Source: a virus
IMG/VR virus record: IMGVR_UViG_3300031576_000023
Coordinates: 1 to 64,000 of that record
Strand: one strand, 5' to 3'
Length of the DNA stretch: 64,000 nucleotides
Part shown: positions 16,895 through 25,562 of the stretch, one piece after another
How positions within the stretch are numbered: the first letter of the stretch is position 1
How the letters are laid out: every line of letters begins with the position of its first letter
Program-made: the position numbers and the translations under genes
The notes under the pieces: generated by a model
Databases searched by the model: none
Told to the model about the DNA's origin: nothing
The model's input: the letters and a program-made list of their open reading frames with translations, nothing else

Positions 16895-19800
16895 ATGCCG
16901 AAGCTGCGCCACCATCCGGCCGACTTGAGTAGCCTCTTGGCCGTGATCCGTCACCGGGACTATCGTGGCGGGATCACCACGGCCCACGCCTACCTCAAGG
17001 ACTTGGAGGGCTGCCTCGTCGGCGAAGCCTGCCCGACCAGGTTTCTCGGTGGGACTAGCGAGTCGCACTGGCGGCGTGCGCTCAAGGAGAGCCGAGCCAG
17101 GCTGGTCTACAGCCACAAGGACATGGCCGTCGTGAATTCCTCGCGGGTAGCCGGCGCGTTCGAGTCGGCCATCGATCAGTCTATGTTCGAGGGCGTCCCG
17201 GCGAACGCCTGCGCCGTGTTCGACTGCGTGGTTACCAGCAAGCGGAAGGACCGAGACGGGGACGTGCTGGAGACGGTCGGGGCCAAGCTGGACCCCGCGG
17301 CGCCGCTCTTGTGGCAGCACCTGCCGTTCGAGCCGATCGGGAAGGTGATCCGCGAGCTGTCGCGCTCCGGCAACCTGATGCAAGCCAGGCTGGCAATTAT
17401 CGACAATGCGCTGGGCCGCGACGCCAATGAGCTGCTGGAGTTCGGGGCGCTGCGAGTCAGCCACGGGTTCATCCCGGAGCTGTTCGAGCCGCTGGACCCG
17501 CAAGACCCCTGGGGCGGATTCAGGATCAAGAAGTTCGAGATCATGGAGGTTAGCCTGGTCTCCGTGCCTTCTAACACTGACTCCGTGGTGACCGCGTTCT
17601 CGCGCCGCAAGCTGCACCACCCGCTGGTCAAGCAGTGGGCCGGCAATCTGTTCGCAGCCAGGCCAGCGCAAGGCAAGGGGAGGCCGGCGGCGCGCGGTAA
17701 CAGCGTTGACCTGCTGGAATCGACGGCCGTCATCGCAATCGACAAGCTTGAGGCCATCTGCCCGGAGTGCGCGGCGCGCGCGAAGAAGCTTGGGCTAACC
17801 GGTCTGAAGGTCTCGGCGCTCGCCAAGCAGATACCAGCGCACCTGCTCGAAGGGCTATGCGATCGTCTGTCAGGCGAGGAGCATCCCTGGGAGGCTTGCA
17901 TGGACATGGACTTCGGCGAGTTCCAGCCGGAGGACCAGGAGGCGTTCTGCGCGTTCCTCAAGCGGGAATGCGGGCTGGACGAAGACGAGGAGAAAGAAAA
18001 GGCCGGGCCGCGCCGGACGCGCGCCGGCCAGCCCATCACGCGAACTATCGGGCACATAGACATCGCTAGCGCTGTGTTCGAGCCGCAGCAGAGAATCCAC
18101 GAGATCGCGGCGTCGTTCATCGGATGCCGCCTGCGCGACTTGAGGCTGTCTGGCACATTCGCGCCCACCTACCGCATGGGCGGGTTTCTATCCGCCGCCA
18201 AGGAAGTTCTGTCCGAGCACGCGCTGGTCGACATGCGCCGCCTGAGCGACGGCGGCTACGAGGGGCCGCCGAAGTACGAGACGATCCAGCTCAACTCGAA
18301 GAAGCGCGCCGAGTTTCTGGTGGAGGGGATCGAGTTCAGGAGTTCCGAGCGGGCAGGACCGTTCCTGGTCTGCTATGACAGGAACTACGGCGGCATCTCG
18401 CTGACGACGTACTGCCACCAGGACAAGTCCGAGGTCTTGCAGGCCGCCGTAGACCGTGCCTGGGAGCTGACCAAGACGACCTACTGTTTTCTGAGGGGCG
18501 AGGCGTTCTCCCTGACTGGCGACTTCCTGGAGCGCACGGACGAGACCTGGAGCGACGTGTTCCTGGAGCCGGTGAACGAGAAGGCGCTGCGCGTCGTGGC
18601 GAAGCAGTTCAACGAGAAGGGCCGGAGGTTCGTGAACCGCGGCATGCTGATGATGGGGGCTCCGGGAACTGGCAAGACGCTGTCGGTCCGCATTCTGCGC
18701 AACGAGTGTCATGGCACATTTATCTGGTGCAGCGCCAAGGACTTCTGGCACACGGGCGGCATGGGCGGCGTCGCGTCGGCGTTCGAGACGGCCAAGGAGC
18801 TGGCGCCCTCCATCGTGTGCTTCGAGGACATCGACAACTGGATCAGCGGCAATGTCATCGACCTGCTCAAGAGCGAGATGGACGGGGTTGGACGGTTCTC
18901 TGGCGTGCTGACGGTCATGACGACCAATTATCCGGAACTCCTGCCAGAGGCGCTGATCGACAGGCCGGGCAGGTTCCATGACGTGCTCAAGTTCGGCTTG
19001 CCGGACCAGGCAGTACGGCTTGACATGCTGCGCAAGTGGCTGCCAGACTTAAACGAGGAGGCCCTGGCTAGCGCCGTGATCGGCACGGACGGGATGAGCG
19101 GGGCGCACCTGTACGAGCTGGCGCAGTTCGCCAGGACGATCCAGGAGCAGGAAGACGGGCCGCCCAGTCAGCTCGGCGTGGCGGTCAACGAGGCCCTGCG
19201 GAAGGTGTCAGAGCAACGTGAGCTGATCGACGAAGTGCAGCGCGGCGGCGGATACAGCAGGCTGAACCGTGGCTTCGAGCTGAACGCTAAGGGGATCGAG
19301 ATGGCAAAGAAGATTGCAAAGAACATTGCGAAGGCGAAGAAACCGGCACCTGGCAAGGATGACGAAGAAGCCGTAGCAGCCTGTGACGAGTGCGGCGGCG
19401 AGATGGTGGACGGGGAGTGCCAGGACTGCGGTATTAAGCTCAAGCCGGACGGCGAGAAGGAGCCGGTCGGTGCTGGCGACCACGGCGTACCAGATACCTG
19501 CCCGGCCTGCGGTACCCCTATGGCGGGGGCCGCCAAGTGCCCGGCTTGCGGGGCCGCCCGCAGCGAGCAGCCCGGCATGAAGGCCAAGGGCGAGGAAGAC
19601 GGCGAGAAAACCAAGGAGGACGCCCCGAACTACCGGGATGCCGGAACGGAGAGTGAGAGTTGCGGGGCCTGCGGAAACTTCGAGCTGAACAGCAGCACCT
19701 GCCGCAAGTTCGGGTTCATCACCGAAAAAACTAAGCTCTGCGACGCATTTCAGCCGGCCGAGGTCACGTCCGATGACCGCGAGACAGCCAAGGCTGTGTC

Positions 19801-20200
19801 TCCTAGGATGGTAACAGCCAAGTCGGGCAGAACACTGAGCACGAAGAACGAGCAGTCCATCAAGGACGCCAGGGACGACGTGCACGAGATCACCAGGCAC
19901 GAGGCGCTGCCAAGGACCGTCGTATCGCTGGCCAAGGGGGCGGTCGCCAAACTCGATAGCGTGCTGGCCAGCGTAGCCAGGCCAGTGCCGCAGCAGGAGG
20001 CCACGGCTGAGGTCGTCACGGCTGGGATCGGCGGAAAGAGCCATGAGGAGGCCCTTGCAGAGTGGTTGGTCTATCACTTGCCGGGCACCGACAGTAAGAT
20101 GCTAGGGACGCTCGGCGACGCGATCGTAGCTGAGCTTGATCGGCGAGGGGTCGAGGAGATCGGTCTGGGACTAGAAGAATTGATGCTGGCTACAGTTTAG
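16895..20200 (+). CDS. HK97-type prohead protease fused to an AAA+ ATPase and Cys-rich domains
   Basis: Protease: KDRDGDVL, LLWQH..PIG, VSHGF, EVSLVSVPSN. AAA+: RGMLMMGAPGTGKT, IVCFEDID, TTNYPELL..ALIDRPGRF. CxxC pairs; APNYR..CGAC..C..CDAF; KSGRTLSTKNE. Confidence 0.9.
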   Translation: MPKLRHHPADLSSLLAVIRHRDYRGGITTAHAYLKDLEGCLVGEACPTRFLGGTSESHWRRALKESRARLVYSHKDMAVVNSSRVAGAFESAIDQSMFEGVPANACAVFDCVVTSKRKDRDGDVLETVGAKLDPAAPLLWQHLPFEPIGKVIRELSRSGNLMQARLAIIDNALGRDANELLEFGALRVSHGFIPELFEPLDPQDPWGGFRIKKFEIMEVSLVSVPSNTDSVVTAFSRRKLHHPLVKQWAGNLFAARPAQGKGRPAARGNSVDLLESTAVIAIDKLEAICPECAARAKKLGLTGLKVSALAKQIPAHLLEGLCDRLSGEEHPWEACMDMDFGEFQPEDQEAFCAFLKRECGLDEDEEKEKAGPRRTRAGQPITRTIGHIDIASAVFEPQQRIHEIAASFIGCRLRDLRLSGTFAPTYRMGGFLSAAKEVLSEHALVDMRRLSDGGYEGPPKYETIQLNSKKRAEFLVEGIEFRSSERAGPFLVCYDRNYGGISLTTYCHQDKSEVLQAAVDRAWELTKTTYCFLRGEAFSLTGDFLERTDETWSDVFLEPVNEKALRVVAKQFNEKGRRFVNRGMLMMGAPGTGKTLSVRILRNECHGTFIWCSAKDFWHTGGMGGVASAFETAKELAPSIVCFEDIDNWISGNVIDLLKSEMDGVGRFSGVLTVMTTNYPELLPEALIDRPGRFHDVLKFGLPDQAVRLDMLRKWLPDLNEEALASAVIGTDGMSGAHLYELAQFARTIQEQEDGPPSQLGVAVNEALRKVSEQRELIDEVQRGGGYSRLNRGFELNAKGIEMAKKIAKNIAKAKKPAPGKDDEEAVAACDECGGEMVDGECQDCGIKLKPDGEKEPVGAGDHGVPDTCPACGTPMAGAAKCPACGAARSEQPGMKAKGEEDGEKTKEDAPNYRDAGTESESCGACGNFELNSSTCRKFGFITEKTKLCDAFQPAEVTSDDRETAKAVSPRMVTAKSGRTLSTKNEQSIKDARDDVHEITRHEALPRTVVSLAKGAVAKLDSVLASVARPVPQQEATAEVVTAGIGGKSHEEALAEWLVYHLPGTDSKMLGTLGDAIVAELDRRGVEEIGLGLEELMLATV

Positions 20201-20229
20201 CCGGCTCGGCTTACCACGAGGAGCAATCC

Positions 20230-21831
20230 ATGTTCGAGATACTTAAGGCGTACCTTGTCGAGAAGCACGGTATGGCGCAGGACGCTACCGAAGAGGACGT
20301 GCGCAAGCAGGCGTACAGCCTGATGGCCGCCGGAACGCTGTCGCACGAGAAGTACGTCGAGCTGACGGCCAAGAATCCGTCAGGTACAGGCGCCTCGCTA
20401 GAGAGGCTGGGAGCGCTGATCGGCGCCGGGGTGCAGAAGGCCGTCGAGCCGCTGGTGAAGAGGCTTGAGGCCGTGGAGTCGCAGGCGATCCCGGCAAAGA
20501 CCTCGGAGGCGATCGGCAGGATTTACGAGCGCGCAGGGCGCGACGAGCCGGCGGGAGTCAGCGAGGCGGAGAAGTTCATCGCCGAGGGGGCCGCGAAGCA
20601 GCCGGCTGGAGGCGTGCGCGTCAAGCGCGCCAGCGAGTCGTACTCGCACACGAAGAGCGCCGCCGTGTACCCCAAGTACCTTAACCGCAACGACAATCGG
20701 CCGCACCCGTTCGCCGGAGAGCAGCTCACGTTCGAGGGGCGCGCGCTCGACGTCGCCAGCCAGGCCGATAGGGCGCTGGCCGGGGCCGTCGTGAAGTGGA
20801 ACCTCGCGCATCAGCTTAAGCAGCAGCACAAGCTCACCGACCACGACGTCGACCTGTTCAATGAGGCCGTGCGGGAGGGACGGTGGTGCGGCGACTTCAA
20901 GGGGCCGGATGGCTTCGAGCGGATTCTCTACGGGGCGAGGCTCGATCCTGCCTGGCACAAGACGATCTTCGCCGACGCGACCAGCGGCGGCACGAACCTG
21001 GTACTTCAGGTTCTTGAGGACGAGATCATCCGCCAAGCGATCCTGTTCGGAGAGCTGTTCCCTTGGGTGGATGTGAAGCCGCTCACCAAGGGCACCTCCG
21101 TGGACACGACCACGCTGGTAAACCTGACAATCACGAGCACAGCCGACGAGGCGACGGCGATGACCGCGCAGTCGACGGCGTCGCTGATCACCAAGCTCAA
21201 CAGCGCCGTGCGCGTGGCCACCGGGACCGTAAAGCTCGGCAGAGATTTTCTGTCCGACATCACGCCGGACATCATGACGGCGATCAACGACAGCTACGCC
21301 GAGCAGTTGCAGTTCTACCTGGACGACAACATCGCCAACGGGGACGGCACGACCGAGCCGCTTGGAATCTTCGTGGCGGCCAGCACGACCAGCGTGAGCA
21401 ACGCCAGCCCGTCTCCGTCCGGCTGGGACGTGGTCGACGTTGAGAACATGGTCAAGGGCCTGGGAAAGCAGTACCGCAACATGGGCAACCCGAGCGTCAG
21501 GTGGGTGTCGAACGACACGACCTACTTTCGGGTGCGCGGCATGAAGGTCAGCACGACGGACGAGCGGAGGATTTTCGGCTACACGCACGAGGACTACAAG
21601 GTCATGGATCGGGGCTGGTCGATCCAGAACTCGATCGCCAACGCGAAAGTGGCCTTCGGGGACCTCAAGAAGTACCGCCTGTGGCGCCGGCTCGGCATGG
21701 AAATGATTGTGGACGAGAGCGGCCAGGCGCTACGCTTAGAGAACTCGGTATTGATCGTCGTGCGGTCGCGATGGGCAGGACGGCCGGTGCTGCCACAAGC
21801 GTTCGCGGTAATGACGAATGCCCAGGCTTAG
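20230..21831 (+). CDS. Major capsid protein, HK97 fold, long N-terminal scaffold (delta) domain
   Basis: Follows protease; KTIFADATSGGTNLV, LDDNIANGDGTTEPLGIF, VAFGDLKKY, final AFAVM. Confidence 0.9.
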   Translation: MFEILKAYLVEKHGMAQDATEEDVRKQAYSLMAAGTLSHEKYVELTAKNPSGTGASLERLGALIGAGVQKAVEPLVKRLEAVESQAIPAKTSEAIGRIYERAGRDEPAGVSEAEKFIAEGAAKQPAGGVRVKRASESYSHTKSAAVYPKYLNRNDNRPHPFAGEQLTFEGRALDVASQADRALAGAVVKWNLAHQLKQQHKLTDHDVDLFNEAVREGRWCGDFKGPDGFERILYGARLDPAWHKTIFADATSGGTNLVLQVLEDEIIRQAILFGELFPWVDVKPLTKGTSVDTTTLVNLTITSTADEATAMTAQSTASLITKLNSAVRVATGTVKLGRDFLSDITPDIMTAINDSYAEQLQFYLDDNIANGDGTTEPLGIFVAASTTSVSNASPSPSGWDVVDVENMVKGLGKQYRNMGNPSVRWVSNDTTYFRVRGMKVSTTDERRIFGYTHEDYKVMDRGWSIQNSIANAKVAFGDLKKYRLWRRLGMEMIVDESGQALRLENSVLIVVRSRWAGRPVLPQAFAVMTNAQA

Positions 21832-21858
21832 GTTTGTTCGCCACCTACGCCGGCTCTC

Positions 21859-22416
21859 TCATTTCACAACGTATCTGGCGCGCACGTGTCCGCGGGCTTT
21901 CATCCACTCGGCCAACGACGTTGGCCCCTCCGGCCCGGTCGGGTCTACGGTGAGCACGGCCAGCAGTCGGCCGTAGGTATCGTGTTCCCTCGCGACAGGC
22001 GAGGCCGTCACGTTCTCCGCGCTGGCCAGCAGGGCCTGGAGGTCAACGGTCGCCAGCTTGCCCAGGCGGATTTCCTCGTCGGTGACCTCGACGCTGCGCC
22101 TGGCGCGCGTCTTCTCCCAGGCGTCGTAGTCGGCGGCCCGGATGGTCCTGCCGCTGAGCGTGACGCCCCACGGCATCAGCACGTCCGCCTTGATCGTGTC
22201 GCCGTCGATAACCACCACGTTGGCGAGGCGGAACTGGCCAGAAGGCTCGTCGATTGCCGCTGCTTCAAACGCTTCTTCTGGTTGCCTTTGGGCAATCTTT
22301 TGACCGAACGGCCAGCGAAGGTAGAGGAGGGCGACGCACCCAATGGAGAGCACAGAGATGAGGGTGATACCAAATCGCTTGCTAGTCAGATGGTAGGTTT
22401 GACAGCCGTCTCCCAT
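21859..22416 (-). CDS. Thermonuclease (SNase-like) with N-terminal membrane segment
   Basis: VIDGDTI, IRAADYDAWE, DTYGRLLA, LAEWMKARGH; hydrophobic FGITLISVLSIGCVALLYL. Confidence 0.82.
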   Translation of the reverse strand: MGDGCQTYHLTSKRFGITLISVLSIGCVALLYLRWPFGQKIAQRQPEEAFEAAAIDEPSGQFRLANVVVIDGDTIKADVLMPWGVTLSGRTIRAADYDAWEKTRARRSVEVTDEEIRLGKLATVDLQALLASAENVTASPVAREHDTYGRLLAVLTVDPTGPEGPTSLAEWMKARGHVRARYVVK

Positions 22417-22468
22417 ACGGGGTAGAGTTTAGCGTCGATTGTCGCGGTGTTCAAATGGAGAGAGCCAA

Positions 22469-22921
22469 ATGGAAGTGATTATCGAAGTCGCCACGCCCCC
22501 TGGCGCCGAACGGCCCAACTGTCCGCTGTACTGCGCGCCGCTGGGCAGCCACCTGATCGGGCGGATCAGGGTCGCAGACAACCCCATTCCAGTCCATGAG
22601 GACTTGCAGGCCCTACCGGAGATTCCAGGCCACCGTGTTTCTCTGGACGTCAAGAAGCGCCGCGTGCGAGTCTACCATCCGCTGGCCGATCCGAAGATGG
22701 CCGACCGACTGGAGAAAATACAGGCCCACCAGAAGCGCGAGTTCGGCAGCGAGCGCTCGCCACCGCGAGAGATAGTTCTGGAAAATATGACCGACGCTGC
22801 CACGAGAGAATGGGCGCAGTGGCTGGAGGCGTGCGTGGCCGGAAAGCTTGTCACACTGCTCCAGGGCGAGCTTCCTCCGCCAGAGCTGAGGGACGCCGAG
22901 AGCAAGCAGCCGGTGGCTTAG
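22469..22921 (+). CDS. Hypothetical protein
   Basis: ATG 22469 after GGAG; in frame with ORF 22439..22921. Confidence 0.6.
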   Translation: MEVIIEVATPPGAERPNCPLYCAPLGSHLIGRIRVADNPIPVHEDLQALPEIPGHRVSLDVKKRRVRVYHPLADPKMADRLEKIQAHQKREFGSERSPPREIVLENMTDAATREWAQWLEACVAGKLVTLLQGELPPPELRDAESKQPVA

Positions 22922-22932
22922 CAGGTGGCCTG

Positions 22933-23874
22933 ATGCGCGTCGCGGTCGTCAGCCCTTTGCCGGCAGCCCTCAAGCACGACAAGTACGCGTGGGTCGCGGA
23001 GGGCGTGCTGGACGCCGGCCACGAGTGCGAAAGGGTCCACGGGCTGCCGGCGCTTCGGCAGGCCGATAAGTCTTGCGAGTTAGTGCTGTTCTGCCAGTAC
23101 GCGGGCGGCCTCAACCCGCGCGATGTGGCGGATATCACTGCCACAAAGCGTGCTACCTGGGCGGTCTGGTGGTTCGACCTGCTGGCCGTGGACGCGTCGC
23201 GCCAGCTTGCCGAGCAGGACCATGTGCAGACCTACCTGCCGTTCCTCTCGGCGATGGATGTCGCGTTCGTCAAGGAGCGCGGCATGCTGGGCGAGTATGC
23301 GGCCCTCGGGGTTCGGGCGGCCTGGCTCGACCAGTGCTGCTGGCGCGGCATGCCGATGGCGTCTCTCTCCGAAAATCCCGAATGCGACGTGCTGGTGGCC
23401 GGGCGGAGCACGAACGAACGGCGGTGGCGCGATGTGGCGCTTCTGGTGCACGCGGGGTTCCGCGTTGCGTGGCTCGGACCATCCGGCGGGGGCCGGCTCC
23501 CGGACGGGCTAGCGGCCGTGTGGCCGTGGGTCAAGCCTGAATTGATGCCTGCCTACGCCGGCAGGTGCAAGGTCGCGCTTTCCGTGGACGCAAGGCAGGA
23601 CGTGGACGGGTACACCAGCGATCGCCTGCACTTGCTCTGCGGGATGGGCGCTACGACCCTCCACCGACGTGGCTGCTGGGCGCCAGACTGCCGGGCGTTC
23701 TTCTACCAGTCCGATGACGAGATGGTCTCGCTCTGCCGTGCTCTGTGCGACACGACTATTCAGTACCGGCGCGCGAACGCCTCCGGGACAAGGGCAGTCG
23801 AGATGGACCGCCACACCTACGGCGACCGCATCGGCGAGATCGTCGCCTGCTTGAGTGCGAGCTGCGCTACATGA
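22933..23874 (+). CDS. Glycosyltransferase, CgeB / Glyco_trans_1_2-like (GT-B)
   Basis: WWFDLL, DVLVAG, CKVALS...YTSDRLHLLCGMG, HTYGDRIGEI C-terminal motif. Confidence 0.75.
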   Translation: MRVAVVSPLPAALKHDKYAWVAEGVLDAGHECERVHGLPALRQADKSCELVLFCQYAGGLNPRDVADITATKRATWAVWWFDLLAVDASRQLAEQDHVQTYLPFLSAMDVAFVKERGMLGEYAALGVRAAWLDQCCWRGMPMASLSENPECDVLVAGRSTNERRWRDVALLVHAGFRVAWLGPSGGGRLPDGLAAVWPWVKPELMPAYAGRCKVALSVDARQDVDGYTSDRLHLLCGMGATTLHRRGCWAPDCRAFFYQSDDEMVSLCRALCDTTIQYRRANASGTRAVEMDRHTYGDRIGEIVACLSASCAT

Positions 23875-24035
23875 TAAAGCCTTCGGATGGAACGCGATGC
23901 CTCGGCTGCCACGGCGCAGGGTCGCTGAAGCTCCTCAACCGCGCCGTGTTCCTGGCGACGGGTAGGAAGAAGTACGCTGTGATGCAGTGCCCGCGCTGCG
24001 GCGGGACAGGCAAACACGGCCTCCGTGTCAAGTGA
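23871..24035 (+). CDS. DnaJ-type zinc-finger miniprotein
   Basis: CLGCHGAG ... CPRCGGTG; ATGA coupling. Confidence 0.65.
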   Translation: MIKPSDGTRCLGCHGAGSLKLLNRAVFLATGRKKYAVMQCPRCGGTGKHGLRVK

Positions 24036-24423
24036 CGGTAGTGTCCTAGGACTGTGTTGCTGCTGACGTTCGGTGCGCACGGTCCAGGCCATCAAACACC
24101 CTAGCCTGTCAGTGCATAAACATCGGAATCTCGTACCGGAAGGCACAGGATCACAACCAACGGAGAGAATCTGGTGATCGGCAAGCAACACGGAACAGAG
24201 GAAATGCAGAGTTAGAATAAAACGGCTGGTTGCGGCGCGGGAACGCTGCAACCAGCCCGGAACGATCTAAGCCTCAGAACGTCAATCCGGAGGGATGCGC
24301 CCATGTATGGACGCACACAGTCAGGGTCCGTCTTTAGTTTAGCCAGACCGCCACCATTTGCAAACGGAATCTCACCGTGCCTGCCGACTAGACGTTGGGC
24401 CGCCGACGCAGCATACTGGTGGC

Positions 24424-24669
24424 ATGCCTAAACGCTCAAGCAAGCAGAAAGACACCCAGCAGATGGCCAGAGCCATTCTAGACCAGGTAGTGCCCGATGC
24501 CGAGCCGGCCCTGCTCACGAAGCCAGAGAAGGCCAAGAATCCGGCCGCCGTCGCGCTGGGGCGGCTGGGGGGCCTCAAAGGTGGCAAGGCGCGGGCCAAG
24601 AAGTTGAGCAAGGTGAAGAGGGCAGAGATCGCGCGTAAAGCTGCTCGCGCACGCTGGAAGCCGGAGTAG
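24424..24669 (+). CDS. Small basic protein of the KNPAAVALGRLGGLKGGKARA family (often labelled histone-H1-like)
   Basis: KNPAAVALGRLGGLKGGKARAKKLS..RAEIARKAARARW. Confidence 0.8.
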   Translation: MPKRSSKQKDTQQMARAILDQVVPDAEPALLTKPEKAKNPAAVALGRLGGLKGGKARAKKLSKVKRAEIARKAARARWKPE

Positions 24670-24679
24670 GAACCGCCCC

Positions 24680-24925
24680 CTATTCGTCTTCATCGTCAAC
24701 ATCCGGCAGCGGTCCCGGATCGTACTCTGTGCCGTGCTCCATTTCAGCCAGGTCCGGCTCGTAGTTGAAACTCAACATGATCTGCGCCCCGTGCGGGTTA
24801 TTATCGTTATACGAGTCCTGGTCGATCTTCAACTGGCGATTGGCGCCCAAGATTGCTTTGCGGCGCTGCTGAAATGAACGGTGCATGAGATCGGGAATCG
24901 CGGAGCGGTCGAACCAAAGTGTCTT
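24680..24925 (-). pseudogene. Probably N-terminally truncated conserved hypothetical passenger gene
   Basis: QKTLW..HRSFQQRRKAI..QLKIDQDSYNDNN..IMLSFNYEPDLAE looks like a real protein C-terminus; upstream frame lacks a credible start or RBS. Confidence 0.45.
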
Positions 24926-24997
24926 TTGGACCAGCTTGCAAAGGCAGATCCGCTGGGGTGGGCGAGGCTTGCTCAATTCTTGAATCGTCGACGCCGC

Positions 24998-25046
24998 AGG
25001 GACTTATAAGCCCATGCGTCCGCGTTCAACTCCCGGCAGGTCCACC
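24998..25046 (+). pseudogene. Degenerate tRNA 3' half (Ile-like anticodon loop CT-TAT-AA)
   Basis: GGGA-CTTATAA-GCCC anticodon arm, CCGCG-TTCAACT-CCCGG T-arm, CAGGTCC-A-CC acceptor 3' strand; no D-arm or 5' acceptor strand. Confidence 0.4.
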
Positions 25047-25143
25047 GAACTCACCGCGCCTTGCGGCCACGGTCGTTTCGCACGCTAGTATAGCAACTCG
25101 CAGAGCGGCCAGCAACACAGAGCTAGGACACTACCCACTACAC

Positions 25144-25164
25144 GGTAGTGTCCTAATTTGAAAT
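25144..25164 (+). repeat. Third IS1-like terminal repeat, inverted relative to the cassette right end with an 8 bp spacer
   Basis: TAGGACACTACC-CACTACAC-GGTAGTGTCCTA (25124-25155), continuing ATTTGAAAT. Confidence 0.75.
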
Positions 25165-25562
25165 CCAGCAAGACGACGAAGGCCGCTGGAAGGTGAAGGA
25201 ATAGAACGGCTCGGCGACCTACGGGGGTAAGTCGCTGAGCCGCCAAGGATGAACCCCCGCTGCTGTCGTGTCGGCTGACGCCTAGGAACGCTTCCGACCT
25301 GCCAGCCTTACAAGGAGGGCCACGCTATGCGCTGGTTTCTGCCGTTCCTGTTGCCGATCATCCGGCAACGGGACGGCTCCGGTTGAAGCCGGAAGACGCT
25401 TTGCCGCAGGGCCGAAGACCTGCGGCACTTTCCTGCTTCCCCGTGCCCCCATCATAGAATTCGGTCCGATGCAGGTCAAACTGTAAGTGACGGAGGGCGG
25501 CCCGCGTCTTGCCGGTGCAGCGGCCGTGGCGGCGTGATAGAATGCACGTAGGAGGCCCTACA

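Larger units (their letters stand above)
24037..25135. mobile_element. Non-autonomous IS1-like cassette bounded by 26 bp terminal inverted repeats
   Basis: GGTAGTGTCCTAGGACTGTGTTGCTG at 24037-24062 vs reverse complement of 25110-25135 (24/26 identity); no transposase seen; passenger ORFs inside. Confidence 0.75.
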
